Below are positions 26,611-36,300 of a stretch of DNA of 64,000 nt, in pieces. How positions within the stretch are numbered: position 1 is the stretch's first letter; every line of letters begins with the position of its first letter. The notes under the pieces were generated by a model. It saw only the letters and a list, made by a program, of their open reading frames with translations. It searched no databases and was not told where the DNA came from. The DNA lies in NCBI GenBank assembly GCA_022710715.1, contig JAKLGJ010000002.1, positions 437,453-501,452 of the forward strand, written 5' to 3'. The position numbers and the translations under genes are program-made. The DNA is from Candidatus Omnitrophota bacterium (GTDB taxonomy: Bacteria > Omnitrophota > Gorgyraeia > Gygaellales > Profunditerraquicolaceae).

Positions 26611-27945
26611 ATGGCCAAGTTAACGAAGTCCGATGTCCTGAAGCTGGTTAAAGAACACAAAATTCAATTTATCCGTCTCTGGTTCACCGATGTTCTAGGG
26701 TTCCTCAAAGGGTTCGCCATTACCCCGGACGAACTTGAAGGCGCTCTGGAGGAAGGCATGGGATTCGACGGCTCGTCCATCGAAGGGTTCGCGCGTATCG
26801 AGGAATCGGATATGATCGCCCGGCCCGACCCGTCGACATTCCAGATCATTCCCTGGAAAGAGGAGGGCGAGGAGCATCGGGTTGCCCGGATGTTCTGCGA
26901 CGTCTATGAACCCGGCGGGAAACCGTTCGAAGGCGATCCGCGTTTTGTTCTAAAACGCATGCTGGCTAAAGCCAAGGCGCTGGGCTATACCTATTATGTC
27001 GGACCGGAGCTGGAATATTTTTATTTCAAGGACGCCCAGAGCGCCGCGCCGCTGGATAACGGCGGTTATTTCGACATGGCTCCTCTGGACGTGGCCCAGG
27101 ATCTGCGCCGCGACACTATCCTGGCCATGCAGCGGATGGGCATCAATGTGGAATACAGCCATCACGAAGTTGCTGCCAGCCAGCATGAGATCGATCTGCG
27201 TTATGACGATGCCCTGACCATGGCTGACCGGGTGATGACCTACAGACTGATAGTCAAGGAAGTGGCCCGTCAGCACGGGGTGTACGCTACCTTCATGCCC
27301 AAGCCGATATTTGGCATCAACGGTTCAGGTATGCACGTGCATCAATCATTGTTTAAGGGAGACAAGAACTCCTTCTTCGACAAGAACGGGCAGTATCATC
27401 TGTCCGACGTCGGCCGCGCCTATACTGCCGGATTGCTCAAGCACGCGCCGGAGTTGACTTCGATCACCAGCCAGTGGGTGAATTCCTACAAACGTCTGGT
27501 TCCCGGGTATGAGGCGCCGGTGTATATCTGCTGGGCGCAGATGAACCGATCCGCGTTGATCCGCGTGCCGATGTACAAGCCGGGCAAGGAAAAGGCTACC
27601 CGTATCGAATATCGTTCGCCCGACCCGTCCTGCAATCCGTATCTGGCTTTTGCGGTGATGCTGGCCGCCGGTCTGGAAGGTATGGAGAAGAAATACAAGC
27701 TGGCTGCGCCGGCTAATGACAATATCTATCACATGGCCGAGTCGGAACGCGAAGCAGCCGGGATCAAATCCCTGCCGGAAGATCTGCTCGAGGCCATCCA
27801 TATTACGGAGAAGAGCAAGCTGATCCGCGACTGTCTGGGTGAGAAACTTTTCGGTTTTTTCATCCGCAATAAAAAGATGGAATGGGATGAATATAAAGCC
27901 CAGGTGACGCAGTACGAAATCAACAAGTATTTACCCATACTCTAA
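26611..27945 (+). CDS. glnA: glutamine synthetase type I
   Basis: 444 aa, with the GS beta-grasp and catalytic domains (…FDGSSIEGF…, …HVHQSL…). Confidence 0.9.
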   Translation: MAKLTKSDVLKLVKEHKIQFIRLWFTDVLGFLKGFAITPDELEGALEEGMGFDGSSIEGFARIEESDMIARPDPSTFQIIPWKEEGEEHRVARMFCDVYEPGGKPFEGDPRFVLKRMLAKAKALGYTYYVGPELEYFYFKDAQSAAPLDNGGYFDMAPLDVAQDLRRDTILAMQRMGINVEYSHHEVAASQHEIDLRYDDALTMADRVMTYRLIVKEVARQHGVYATFMPKPIFGINGSGMHVHQSLFKGDKNSFFDKNGQYHLSDVGRAYTAGLLKHAPELTSITSQWVNSYKRLVPGYEAPVYICWAQMNRSALIRVPMYKPGKEKATRIEYRSPDPSCNPYLAFAVMLAAGLEGMEKKYKLAAPANDNIYHMAESEREAAGIKSLPEDLLEAIHITEKSKLIRDCLGEKLFGFFIRNKKMEWDEYKAQVTQYEINKYLPIL

Positions 27946-27959
27946 CGCTCCGCAGCCAT

Positions 27960-28724
27960 ATGCCTAAAGCTAAAAGGACCGCCAGAAAGCCGGCGCATAA
28001 ACCGGCGATTGCGAAACAGGTGCCGTACGACGCGTATCTCAACCAGATCGCCGCGCTTTCCAAAGTCGCCAGCCTGATCGCTTCCGGGATGTATCTTGAC
28101 GAACTGCTGCGCTTGATCGTCAATGTTACCGCTGAAGCGATGCATTCCAAAATCTCTTCGTTGATGCTGGTGGACGAGGGAAGGAAAGAGCTGGTGATCA
28201 AGGCCACCCAATCCGTTTCCGAAGCCTATAATAAGAAAGCGAATCTGCAGATGGGCGTCGGGATTGCCGGGTTGGTCGCTGTGGAGAACAAACCGATCAC
28301 GGTTTTAGACTTAAGCAAAGAACCGCGGTATATCAACCGGGATATCGCCAGGAAAGAAGGATTGGTTTCGCTGGCCAGCGTACCTCTGGCGGTCAAGGGG
28401 AAAGTGATCGGGGTATTGAACTGCTATACCTCCGCGAAACACGAATTTACTAAAGCAGAAATGGACGTGCTCACCTCTCTGGCGACCCAGGCGGCCATCG
28501 CCATCGAAAACGCCGAGCTGGCTCTGCGCGCGCGCAGCGCCGAGGAAGCTTTGATGACCCGTAAACTCGTTGAGCGCGCCAAAGAAATACTCGCATTGGA
28601 AGCCAATCTCCCCCCGCAGGAAGCCTACCGTTTGATCCAGAAGCAAAGCATGGATACCCGCAAATCCATGCGCGATATCGCCGAAGCGATCATCCTTACC
28701 CACGATCTCAAAGTAAAAAAATAA
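27960..28724 (+). CDS. GAF-ANTAR RNA-binding antitermination regulator
   Basis: N-terminal GAF-like domain. C-terminal ANTAR helix pattern (…TRKLVERAKEILALEANLPPQEAYRLIQKQSMDTRKSMRDIAEAIIL). Confidence 0.65.
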   Translation: MPKAKRTARKPAHKPAIAKQVPYDAYLNQIAALSKVASLIASGMYLDELLRLIVNVTAEAMHSKISSLMLVDEGRKELVIKATQSVSEAYNKKANLQMGVGIAGLVAVENKPITVLDLSKEPRYINRDIARKEGLVSLASVPLAVKGKVIGVLNCYTSAKHEFTKAEMDVLTSLATQAAIAIENAELALRARSAEEALMTRKLVERAKEILALEANLPPQEAYRLIQKQSMDTRKSMRDIAEAIILTHDLKVKK

Positions 28725-28725
28725 C

Positions 28726-28802
28726 TTATCCACAGGGAGTCCCGGAGTGGCTGTTAATAACTATAAGTTATTAACAGCCACTCCGGGACTCCCTGTGGAT
28801 AA
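28726..28802. repeat. 77-bp near-perfect palindrome between convergent genes (GAF-ANTAR and mutL), with termini TTATCCACAG...CTGTGGATAA
   Basis: 37-bp arms with a 2 to 3 nt loop. Contains the same CCACTCCGGGACT core as the rnfD-rnfE palindrome. Likely acts as a bidirectional terminator. Confidence 0.7.
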
Positions 28803-28803
28803 C

Positions 28804-30546
28804 TCAGCTGCGCAGGAATTGTTTGTTCAGGGAAGTCTCGGGGATTTCTACGACCGTGGGCCTGCCGTGAGGGCAGGTGAAGGGGTCCAGACAGAGCAGT
28901 AACGCGCTTCGCTGGAATTCGGCCTGTTCTTTATTCATGGCGAATCCGGCCATAACCGAAGAACGGCAGGCCATGCGCGCCAAAGTTTCCGGCGCCATCC
29001 TGGAGATATTCTCGCCGGCGAGCAAGGTGCGCAGGCTGATCTCGGGGTTGTCGATCAAATGCGGGTGTGAATGCAGCGCAAGGGTTTCTTTGTCGAACAG
29101 GCTGGTGCTGAAACCCATTTTTTCCAGCGTTTTTTGCGCTTCCTGCCAGAGCAGCAATTCCTGGGCGGTGAGTTTGATCAAAATAGGCGCCAGCAGGTCC
29201 TGTATCTCCACCGCGCCTTTCTCCAGCTGGTTCTTCAGTCTCTCGAAGACAATCCTTTCCTGTGCCGCGTGCTGATCGATCACCAGCAGCGAATCGTCGG
29301 TTTCAAACAAAAGATATTTCTGGAGCAGGTTTCCCAGATAGCGGCTCCGGGTGAGCTTTTCCTTGAGATCCGCGCGTTGCCGGGTAGCGATTTCTCCGGT
29401 TTCATAGAGCGGCGGCGTGTGCCCGAACGAGAGCATTGTTTGTTGCGCCGGCCCGGGCTCGCGGATAGTCTCTACGGCCGGCGTTGAGTCGGAAGCGGCA
29501 TGCTCGTTTGACGCGGGGATGGTAAATATGCCCCGGTCAGCCTGACGCGCTTTGCTCCGGGTCATCAGAAGATATTCGCACAGCGGCCGCAGCAGACCCA
29601 GCAGCTGCAATTCGTCCTTGATCTTGACCTCGCGCTTGGTAGGGTGGACGTTCACATCCAGCTGGTCCGCGGGCATGGTAATGAATACGCAGAAAAACGG
29701 ATACACCCCCGGGCTCAAGAGCATCCGGTAGATCTCATTGACGTGAAAACTCAAGGTGCGGTTTTGCACCGGCCGGTTATTGATGAAGATGAACTGCATA
29801 TCTTTGCGGCCCCGCTGAACGTTGATGTCGCCGAGCAGCAACCGTATAGACAGATTGTGATGGGGAAAGTCCTTATGACCTTCGATGAGATCGTTTTTAT
29901 CGAGATGCAAGGCGTTGGCAACGCGTTCCAGCGGATCAGTCGCAGCCGCCAGGTCGATCATCTTTTTACTCTCATGCGTCAGCGAAAAACGTATGCCGGG
30001 GAATAACAGCGTGTAGGGCAAAAAGATATCCAGGATCTGATTGAGCTCGGCGGTGTTGGATTTGAGGAATTTCTTGCGCGCCGGGGTATTAAAGAAAAGC
30101 TCTTTGACTTCAATGGCGGTGCCGGTATGCATGGCCGCCGGTCTGATCCCCAGCCGCTCTGCGCCACGCACATGGATTTCCCACCCGTTATCCTGGGTTG
30201 CAGTTTTGCTTTGCAGGGTGATATCCGCCACCGCGGCTATGCTGTAGAGAGCTTCTCCGCGGAATCCCAGAGAAGCGATCCTGTACAGGTCGTCGATAGA
30301 GGAAATTTTGCTGGTGGCGTGCCGGTTAAAAAGCGTGTCGATATCGTCTTTGGCTATGCCGTTGCCGTTATCTTTTATCCCGATCACGGTTTTCCCCGCG
30401 CCTTTGATCATTACTTCAATGGAGCTCGCTGCGGCATCGAGGGAGTTCTCCAGTAATTCTTTGAGAACCGACGCCGGACGTTCGATGACTTCTCCGGCTG
30501 CGATCTTGGAGACGATTTCAGGGGGGAGTATGCGTACCTTAGCCAT
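28804..30546 (-). CDS. mutL: DNA mismatch repair protein MutL
   Basis: 580 aa. GHKL N-terminus KELLENSLDA and IKDNGNGI. Confidence 0.9.
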   Translation of the reverse strand: MAKVRILPPEIVSKIAAGEVIERPASVLKELLENSLDAAASSIEVMIKGAGKTVIGIKDNGNGIAKDDIDTLFNRHATSKISSIDDLYRIASLGFRGEALYSIAAVADITLQSKTATQDNGWEIHVRGAERLGIRPAAMHTGTAIEVKELFFNTPARKKFLKSNTAELNQILDIFLPYTLLFPGIRFSLTHESKKMIDLAAATDPLERVANALHLDKNDLIEGHKDFPHHNLSIRLLLGDINVQRGRKDMQFIFINNRPVQNRTLSFHVNEIYRMLLSPGVYPFFCVFITMPADQLDVNVHPTKREVKIKDELQLLGLLRPLCEYLLMTRSKARQADRGIFTIPASNEHAASDSTPAVETIREPGPAQQTMLSFGHTPPLYETGEIATRQRADLKEKLTRSRYLGNLLQKYLLFETDDSLLVIDQHAAQERIVFERLKNQLEKGAVEIQDLLAPILIKLTAQELLLWQEAQKTLEKMGFSTSLFDKETLALHSHPHLIDNPEISLRTLLAGENISRMAPETLARMACRSSVMAGFAMNKEQAEFQRSALLLCLDPFTCPHGRPTVVEIPETSLNKQFLRS

Positions 30547-33097
30547 GGTCCTGTATTCTTTCTTTGATCTTCTGCAGTTTGTTCAAGGCCTGCAGAGGAG
30601 TGAGCGCGTTGATATCGGTTTTTTCCAATTCCTCTTTGATCTCACGCAACAATCGTTCATCCCCGCCCTGGAACAGGGATAACTGGTCTTCGGCCGGCGC
30701 TTTCTTGCGGATGGTCTCCTGGAGATCGCCGGAGAGTTCCAGCCGGGTGAGTATCTGGCGCGACCGCTGCACAACTTCCCGGGGGATGCCGGCAAGTTTG
30801 GCTACGTATATCCCGTAGCTGTCATCAGTGCCGCCGGCCACGATTTTGTGCAGGAAGATCACCTCATCGTTCCATTCCCTGACCGCGACATTGTAATTCT
30901 TGACTCCCGGGAATTCTTCGGCCAGGGCGGTCAGCTCATGGAAATGTGTGGCGAACATGGTTCTCACTTTTGCTTTAGCCAGGAACTCCGAGATGGCCCA
31001 GGCCAGGCTCAACCCGTCGAAGGTGGAGGTGCCGCGGCCGATCTCATCGAGCACCACCAGGCTGCGTTCGGTAAGATTGTTCAGTATCCCCGCGGTTTCG
31101 GACATCTCGACCATGAAAGTACTCTGCCCTTTGGTGATTTCGTCATGTGCGCCGATGCGGGTGAATATCTTGTCCACCATCCCGATTTCAGCGGATACCG
31201 CCGGGATGAGGCTGCCGATCTGGGCCAGGATCACCAGTACAGCGGTCTGGCGGATGTACGTGGATTTGCCGGCCATGTTCGGCCCGGTGAGCACCATCAA
31301 ATGGTTCTGGTCGCAGTCCAGAAGCGTGTCGTTGGCGATGAACGGATCGGAGATGGCTTTTTCAACCACCGGATGCCGGCCTTCTTTGATGAGGATCGGC
31401 GAATGTTCTGTCACCAGCGGTACGGTGTATCCCGGCTCCAGGCTCAATACGCTCAAGGAATACAGGCAGTCCAGGGTGGATAACTGCCGGCAGAAAAGAT
31501 GCAGCGCGGCGGCGTTGTCCAGGATGATCCGGGAAATCTCGTCGATAAGCGCGCGTTCCAGCTGCAGCACTTTTTCATCCGCGGTGAGCATTTTGTCTTC
31601 GAATTCTTTCAGCGCCGGAGTGATGAATCGCTCGGCGTTGGCCAAAGTCTGCCTGCGGATATAATCCGCCGGCGCATGGTCCAGGTTGGCCTTGCTGATC
31701 TCGATATAATAGCCGAAAACCTGGTTGAACCCGATCTTCAGGGAGTTGATGCCGGTGCGTTTTATTTCCTGCGACTGGAGATTCTGCAGCCAGGCGCGGC
31801 CGTTTTCCTGCAAATCGCGTAAGGAATCCAGCTCCCGGTTATAGCCTTTGTTGATCACTTTTCCCTCGAAATGAGAGAGAGGGATTTCCGGACTGATCGC
31901 CTGTTCCAGTAACCGGCGCAGCTCGGCGCAATCATCCAGAGCGAAAAGCGCGGTTTTTTCCCGGAGCGCTGCCAGAGCATGATCGATCTCGGGCTGTTTG
32001 AGCAAAGTGATGCGCAAAGCCAGTAAATCCCTGGCTGCGGCAGTGCCGCAGGAAATCCGGGAAATGCTCTTTTCGATATCCGGAATATTCTTGAGCAGCT
32101 GATGCAGCGCTTCCCGGGCAGTCCGGTCTTCCCGCAACAGCACTACCGCCTGCTGGCGGCTGCGTACGGGATCGATGTTTTTGAGAGGATGATACAGCCA
32201 GTCCTTGAGCAATCGTTTGCCCATCGCGGTCTGGGTGTGGTCGATCACCTGTACCAATCCTTCCAGTTCCAGTCCGTAGCTGGCAGCCGGAGAAATAAAA
32301 ACGTAATCCTGATCGGCATAGAGCGCGATTTTATGAATGTGGCGCAGGGGTTGTTTATGCACCTGCTTGAGATATTCCAGCAAAGCTCCGCTGGCGGCTA
32401 TTGCCGCCGGCATATCGTCAATGCCGAACCCGCGCAGGTTATGCGTCTGGAAATGTCCGGTCAGAGATTTTCGCGCGATATCGGTATTGAATGACCAGTC
32501 TTCTGCCGGGCTCAACGCGACCATTTTCGAACGCAGCAGGGGATTTTTAAAAAGGGCGCGAATAAGCTCTTCGTCCTGCGCGGAGAACACGCATTCAGCG
32601 GCGGGCAACTTGGCCAGAACTTCGATCAAATGCGTGGATTGGGCGTACTCATTGGCCTGGATAGCGCCGCTGGCCGTATCGATGAACGCCAAACCGATGC
32701 GTTTATCTTTTATGGTGAGGCAAATGATACAGCGTGATTCAAAACTGGCCTCGTCTATATAGGTGCCGGAAGTGATGATGCGGATAACATCTCGTTTAAC
32801 CAGCCCTTTGGCCAGGGCCGGATCTTCAACCTGTTCGCAGATAGCCACTTTCAAGCCTGCTTTGATCAGCTTGGCGATATACGTATCTGCGGCGTGATAA
32901 GGGATCCCGCACATCGGTATTCTGCCGGCTTTTCCCGCATCCCGGGAAGTCAGCACCACGTCCAGAATACCGCAGGCTTTACGCGCGTCGTCCAGGAACA
33001 TTTCATAAAAATCGCCCAGGCGAAAAAAGAGGATGGCGTTCTGGTGCCGGGCCTTGATTTCCTGATACTGCTTGAGCATGGGGGTTACATTGTCCAT
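30539..33097 (-). CDS. mutS: DNA mismatch repair protein MutS
   Basis: 852 aa. N-terminal mismatch-binding TPMLKQYQEIKARHQNAILFFRLGDFYEMF, Walker A TGPNMAGKST. Confidence 0.95.
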   Translation of the reverse strand: MDNVTPMLKQYQEIKARHQNAILFFRLGDFYEMFLDDARKACGILDVVLTSRDAGKAGRIPMCGIPYHAADTYIAKLIKAGLKVAICEQVEDPALAKGLVKRDVIRIITSGTYIDEASFESRCIICLTIKDKRIGLAFIDTASGAIQANEYAQSTHLIEVLAKLPAAECVFSAQDEELIRALFKNPLLRSKMVALSPAEDWSFNTDIARKSLTGHFQTHNLRGFGIDDMPAAIAASGALLEYLKQVHKQPLRHIHKIALYADQDYVFISPAASYGLELEGLVQVIDHTQTAMGKRLLKDWLYHPLKNIDPVRSRQQAVVLLREDRTAREALHQLLKNIPDIEKSISRISCGTAAARDLLALRITLLKQPEIDHALAALREKTALFALDDCAELRRLLEQAISPEIPLSHFEGKVINKGYNRELDSLRDLQENGRAWLQNLQSQEIKRTGINSLKIGFNQVFGYYIEISKANLDHAPADYIRRQTLANAERFITPALKEFEDKMLTADEKVLQLERALIDEISRIILDNAAALHLFCRQLSTLDCLYSLSVLSLEPGYTVPLVTEHSPILIKEGRHPVVEKAISDPFIANDTLLDCDQNHLMVLTGPNMAGKSTYIRQTAVLVILAQIGSLIPAVSAEIGMVDKIFTRIGAHDEITKGQSTFMVEMSETAGILNNLTERSLVVLDEIGRGTSTFDGLSLAWAISEFLAKAKVRTMFATHFHELTALAEEFPGVKNYNVAVREWNDEVIFLHKIVAGGTDDSYGIYVAKLAGIPREVVQRSRQILTRLELSGDLQETIRKKAPAEDQLSLFQGGDERLLREIKEELEKTDINALTPLQALNKLQKIKERIQDHG

Positions 33098-33272
33098 CGA
33101 AATACCTGTTTAGAGATTTTACCCAGAAGCGCGTTCAAGAGAAGGGATTTTGCTGCGCAGGGCTTACCTTATTTATACCATAAGTTGCCGGCTTTGGTAA
33201 GCAAAAATTGCGTTATGCGGACAGCCTTCCATCCGATCAGGTAACGGTCGGCTGAATTTCTTCTTCAAGACC

Positions 33273-33301
33273 TTGAAAATCCATGATTTATGAGGTATGC
33301 T
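33273..33301 (+). promoter_or_regulatory. candidate sigma-70 promoter for the giant gene (TTGAAA-17-TATGCT)
   Basis: TTGAAAatccatgatttatgaggTATGCT about 80 nt upstream of the TTG/GTG start. Confidence 0.4.
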
Positions 33302-33379
33302 TATGGTGACTGTAGGTGAACCTTTAAAAACTGCGTTAGCTCCATCCAATCCCATTAATTAGGAAACACGCCACGGTTC

Positions 33380-36300
33380 TTGATTAAGGTAAAAGCCGTG
33401 GCATTTTTATGTTCGGTTAAAAATGACTTTTCAAAACTCCTGCGTAAAATCTGCGCCGGCGTTATTATTCTTACCTTGTTACTGCAACAAATCGGTTTCG
33501 CGCAACTCCTGCCGCAACCTGTCGCCATCCAGTCTTCTGCCTTGGAAATGTTCCGTCCGGTGCATCTGCGTTATCTGTCCCACGACGCTGCACGGGATAC
33601 CTACCGGCTTTTGGTCGATCCTGGCTCTGTTGCCCCTGCCCGGGATATCGAAACACAAACCGCGGTATTAATGCGCTATTTTCTCATCGGCCTGGCGCTG
33701 CCCAACAGCGCTTTCTGGGTGAATCTCCGTCCGGATGCGCCTGAACGGGTCATCGATGCGGATCTGGCCAGAACGGATATCGGCAAAATCATGCTCGAAG
33801 CCGACGTGCAGCTCAAGAAAGATCTGGCCGCGTACACCTCGCCTCGAACCGGCCCGGGACGCCGTTACTGGGATAAACTGTATGAGAAAGCCGGAGAATT
33901 ATTCGGACCGGCTGATTGTTCTATTCCCACCATGACCCGCCCCTGGATCGTTCCGGGAGAGATCATTCTGCGCGCAGGCGAAGACCGGGAGTCGGTTTTT
34001 ATTTACAAAGCCACCCTCAAAGTAATGCTGGAGTCCGATTATCTTAAGGACTCGACGGGTCGGGCATTTGCCGACGAGCGGCTACAGGTCCTGAACGATT
34101 ATTCCGCGCAGTTGATCCGCCGCGAGATCCTGCCTCGTTTGACCCGGGACGTCAATACTGCCCGCCGTTACGCGGCGTTGCGCCAGGTGTATTATTCGCT
34201 TATCCTGGCGCAGTGGTTCAAGCAAACGCGCCGTATTCCGGAAAGTTTCGCCATAGACTCGAAAGAACTGACGGGCCTTTGCTCGAAAGAGCCCTGGGAG
34301 CATGCCGTTTATTATGAGCGCTATCGGTCTTCCTTCCAGCAGGGAGAATATAATCTGCGGGAAACCGTTCCAACCGGTCAGGGCATAGCCGTGCGGCAGT
34401 ATTTTTCCGGAGGCGTGCGCCTGGGGCATTTGTCGCTTTATGCCGCGCAAACCCGCGCAGGCGTTGTTCCCGGCGTCGCGCAGGTAGTGCGGGGGAACCG
34501 GAGCCTGGATCCGTATTCCAGCGGATTGAAAAATGCTGTGCCGGTACAGGCAGCAGCGCGCCGGCAAGGCGCAGAGGTGGTCCTGTCGGTGAAGGTTGCG
34601 CCGTCCGCCGGAGAATCTCCGGACGGCGGCGAGGAAAAAGCGGAGAATGCCCGGTTGATGGAGCGGCTCAAAACTCTGATCGTTCCTCAAGTGACCGACA
34701 CGCGGGTCGCCGCCCGGCTCAAGGGCGTGGGCAAGCAGGCGCAGTATCTGCCCACGATCAGGATCACCCGGGATTTTCTGCCCGCGCATTATTCCACCTC
34801 GAACGGTTTGCGCCCTGTGCAGGCGCTGCGCGATTTCCCCAGAAGCCTTAAGGACATTCCCCGCGTCGAAGTCATTCCTTTGAAGATCGACGACAGTTAC
34901 GTGGTTCCCTTCAGCGAAGTGAATAACGGCAGCCAGGCAGTGGTGCTGCTGGGTCAGCTGGAGGATTCGCTGGCCCCGATAGTGCTCAAGACCTATCCCG
35001 GAGACGAGCGCCTCTGTTTGAGTGATTACCAGGGAGCGCAACTGGCAGAGGATCTGGGCATCGGCCCCCGAGTGCACGGCATTTATGATGACAGTTCCGG
35101 CCGCAGCTGGATCGTAGTAGACCTGGTCCCGGGTGATTTTCCGGAGTCCGGCAAACAGCGTTTTACCGCGGAGACTATCGCCGAGTATAAAGAGATCTAT
35201 CGCCGCTTCGGGGAGAATTACCTTTTTCCTTTCTACGATTTTCAGTATTTTGTCACCCCCGAAGGCCATATCTGGGTCATTGATCCTATGGCGTTGGTCA
35301 TCGAAGGCGACGAGCAGGGATTGAGCGAACAGGAATGGTTGATGCAGTATTCGCAGGAATATAAAAAGGGGCTGGGTGTGCTTGCCCAGTCCGTGCAGCC
35401 TGAAGAGAAAACCGGGGCGTCCAGCCGGGAAGGTTCATCTACAGTCAAAGATAACCTGCCTTCTGACGCCCCGGCTCTTTATGCAGGGCGGGTCGCGGTG
35501 CCCGGAGTCTTCAGGACTGCTCAAGAAAAAGGGTTCTACGGTAATATCCTGGACGGGTATGCCACCGGCAGGATCGTTGATTCGCGCGGTAGTTTTGTGG
35601 ACGACCATTCGGTGCTCGACGAAGGGTTGTTCGAGGAAAATACCCGGGGATTGGCGCCCGCTTCGCTGGCAATAGTCGCGGATCAATTCGCCCGCAGGCC
35701 CGGGGGAGTGCGCATCCTGATCACCGGCGGAGGATCGGGAAGGGAAGCCGGGCAGATCAAAAAGCTGGCTGCGCAACAGCGCAGGCTTGCGGGTATTGAT
35801 AGAGTCGACAGCATCAGTTTGTCCCCGGTTCCGCCTAATTACTGGTTGCTCGCCGATGCCCGGCAGATCCGCGAGGATATCCGCGACTATCTGATGAACT
35901 ATGACGGCGCTTTTCCCGGACTGGAGGAGTATTATTCCCTGTTGACCGGTAAGCCCGCGATTTCCTTCCAGGATATGTCCCGGCAGCATTTTATCAACCA
36001 GATTCAACAATGGCCGGAAAAGCCTGTCCCGGTGAGCGCGGTGTTCGGGTTGGAGCAGCAAGGGCACCGGTTGTATCACTTCGCGGCGCTGCCGCATACG
36101 GACAGGCAGTTTATCGTCCAGCTGGAGGATGCGCATAAGCTCATTGCTGCGGACCAGGTGGATTATACGGTTATCCTCGATCAGTGCGGCGGGTTTTATT
36201 ATATGTGTAAACACGATGGCCTGGAAGCGGCGGTGCGCGCCGTGGCTCCGCTTCTGGCTGGCGACGGCATTTTTTACGCGGAGCAGCTTCCCGACGATAT

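Noticed and set aside
33098-33379. Possible riboswitch in the 280-nt mutS/giant-gene divergent intergenic region
   Set aside because: The region is explained by divergent promoters (TTGAAA-17-TATGCT for the giant gene). No conserved riboswitch core motifs or terminator/antiterminator pair were recognised.
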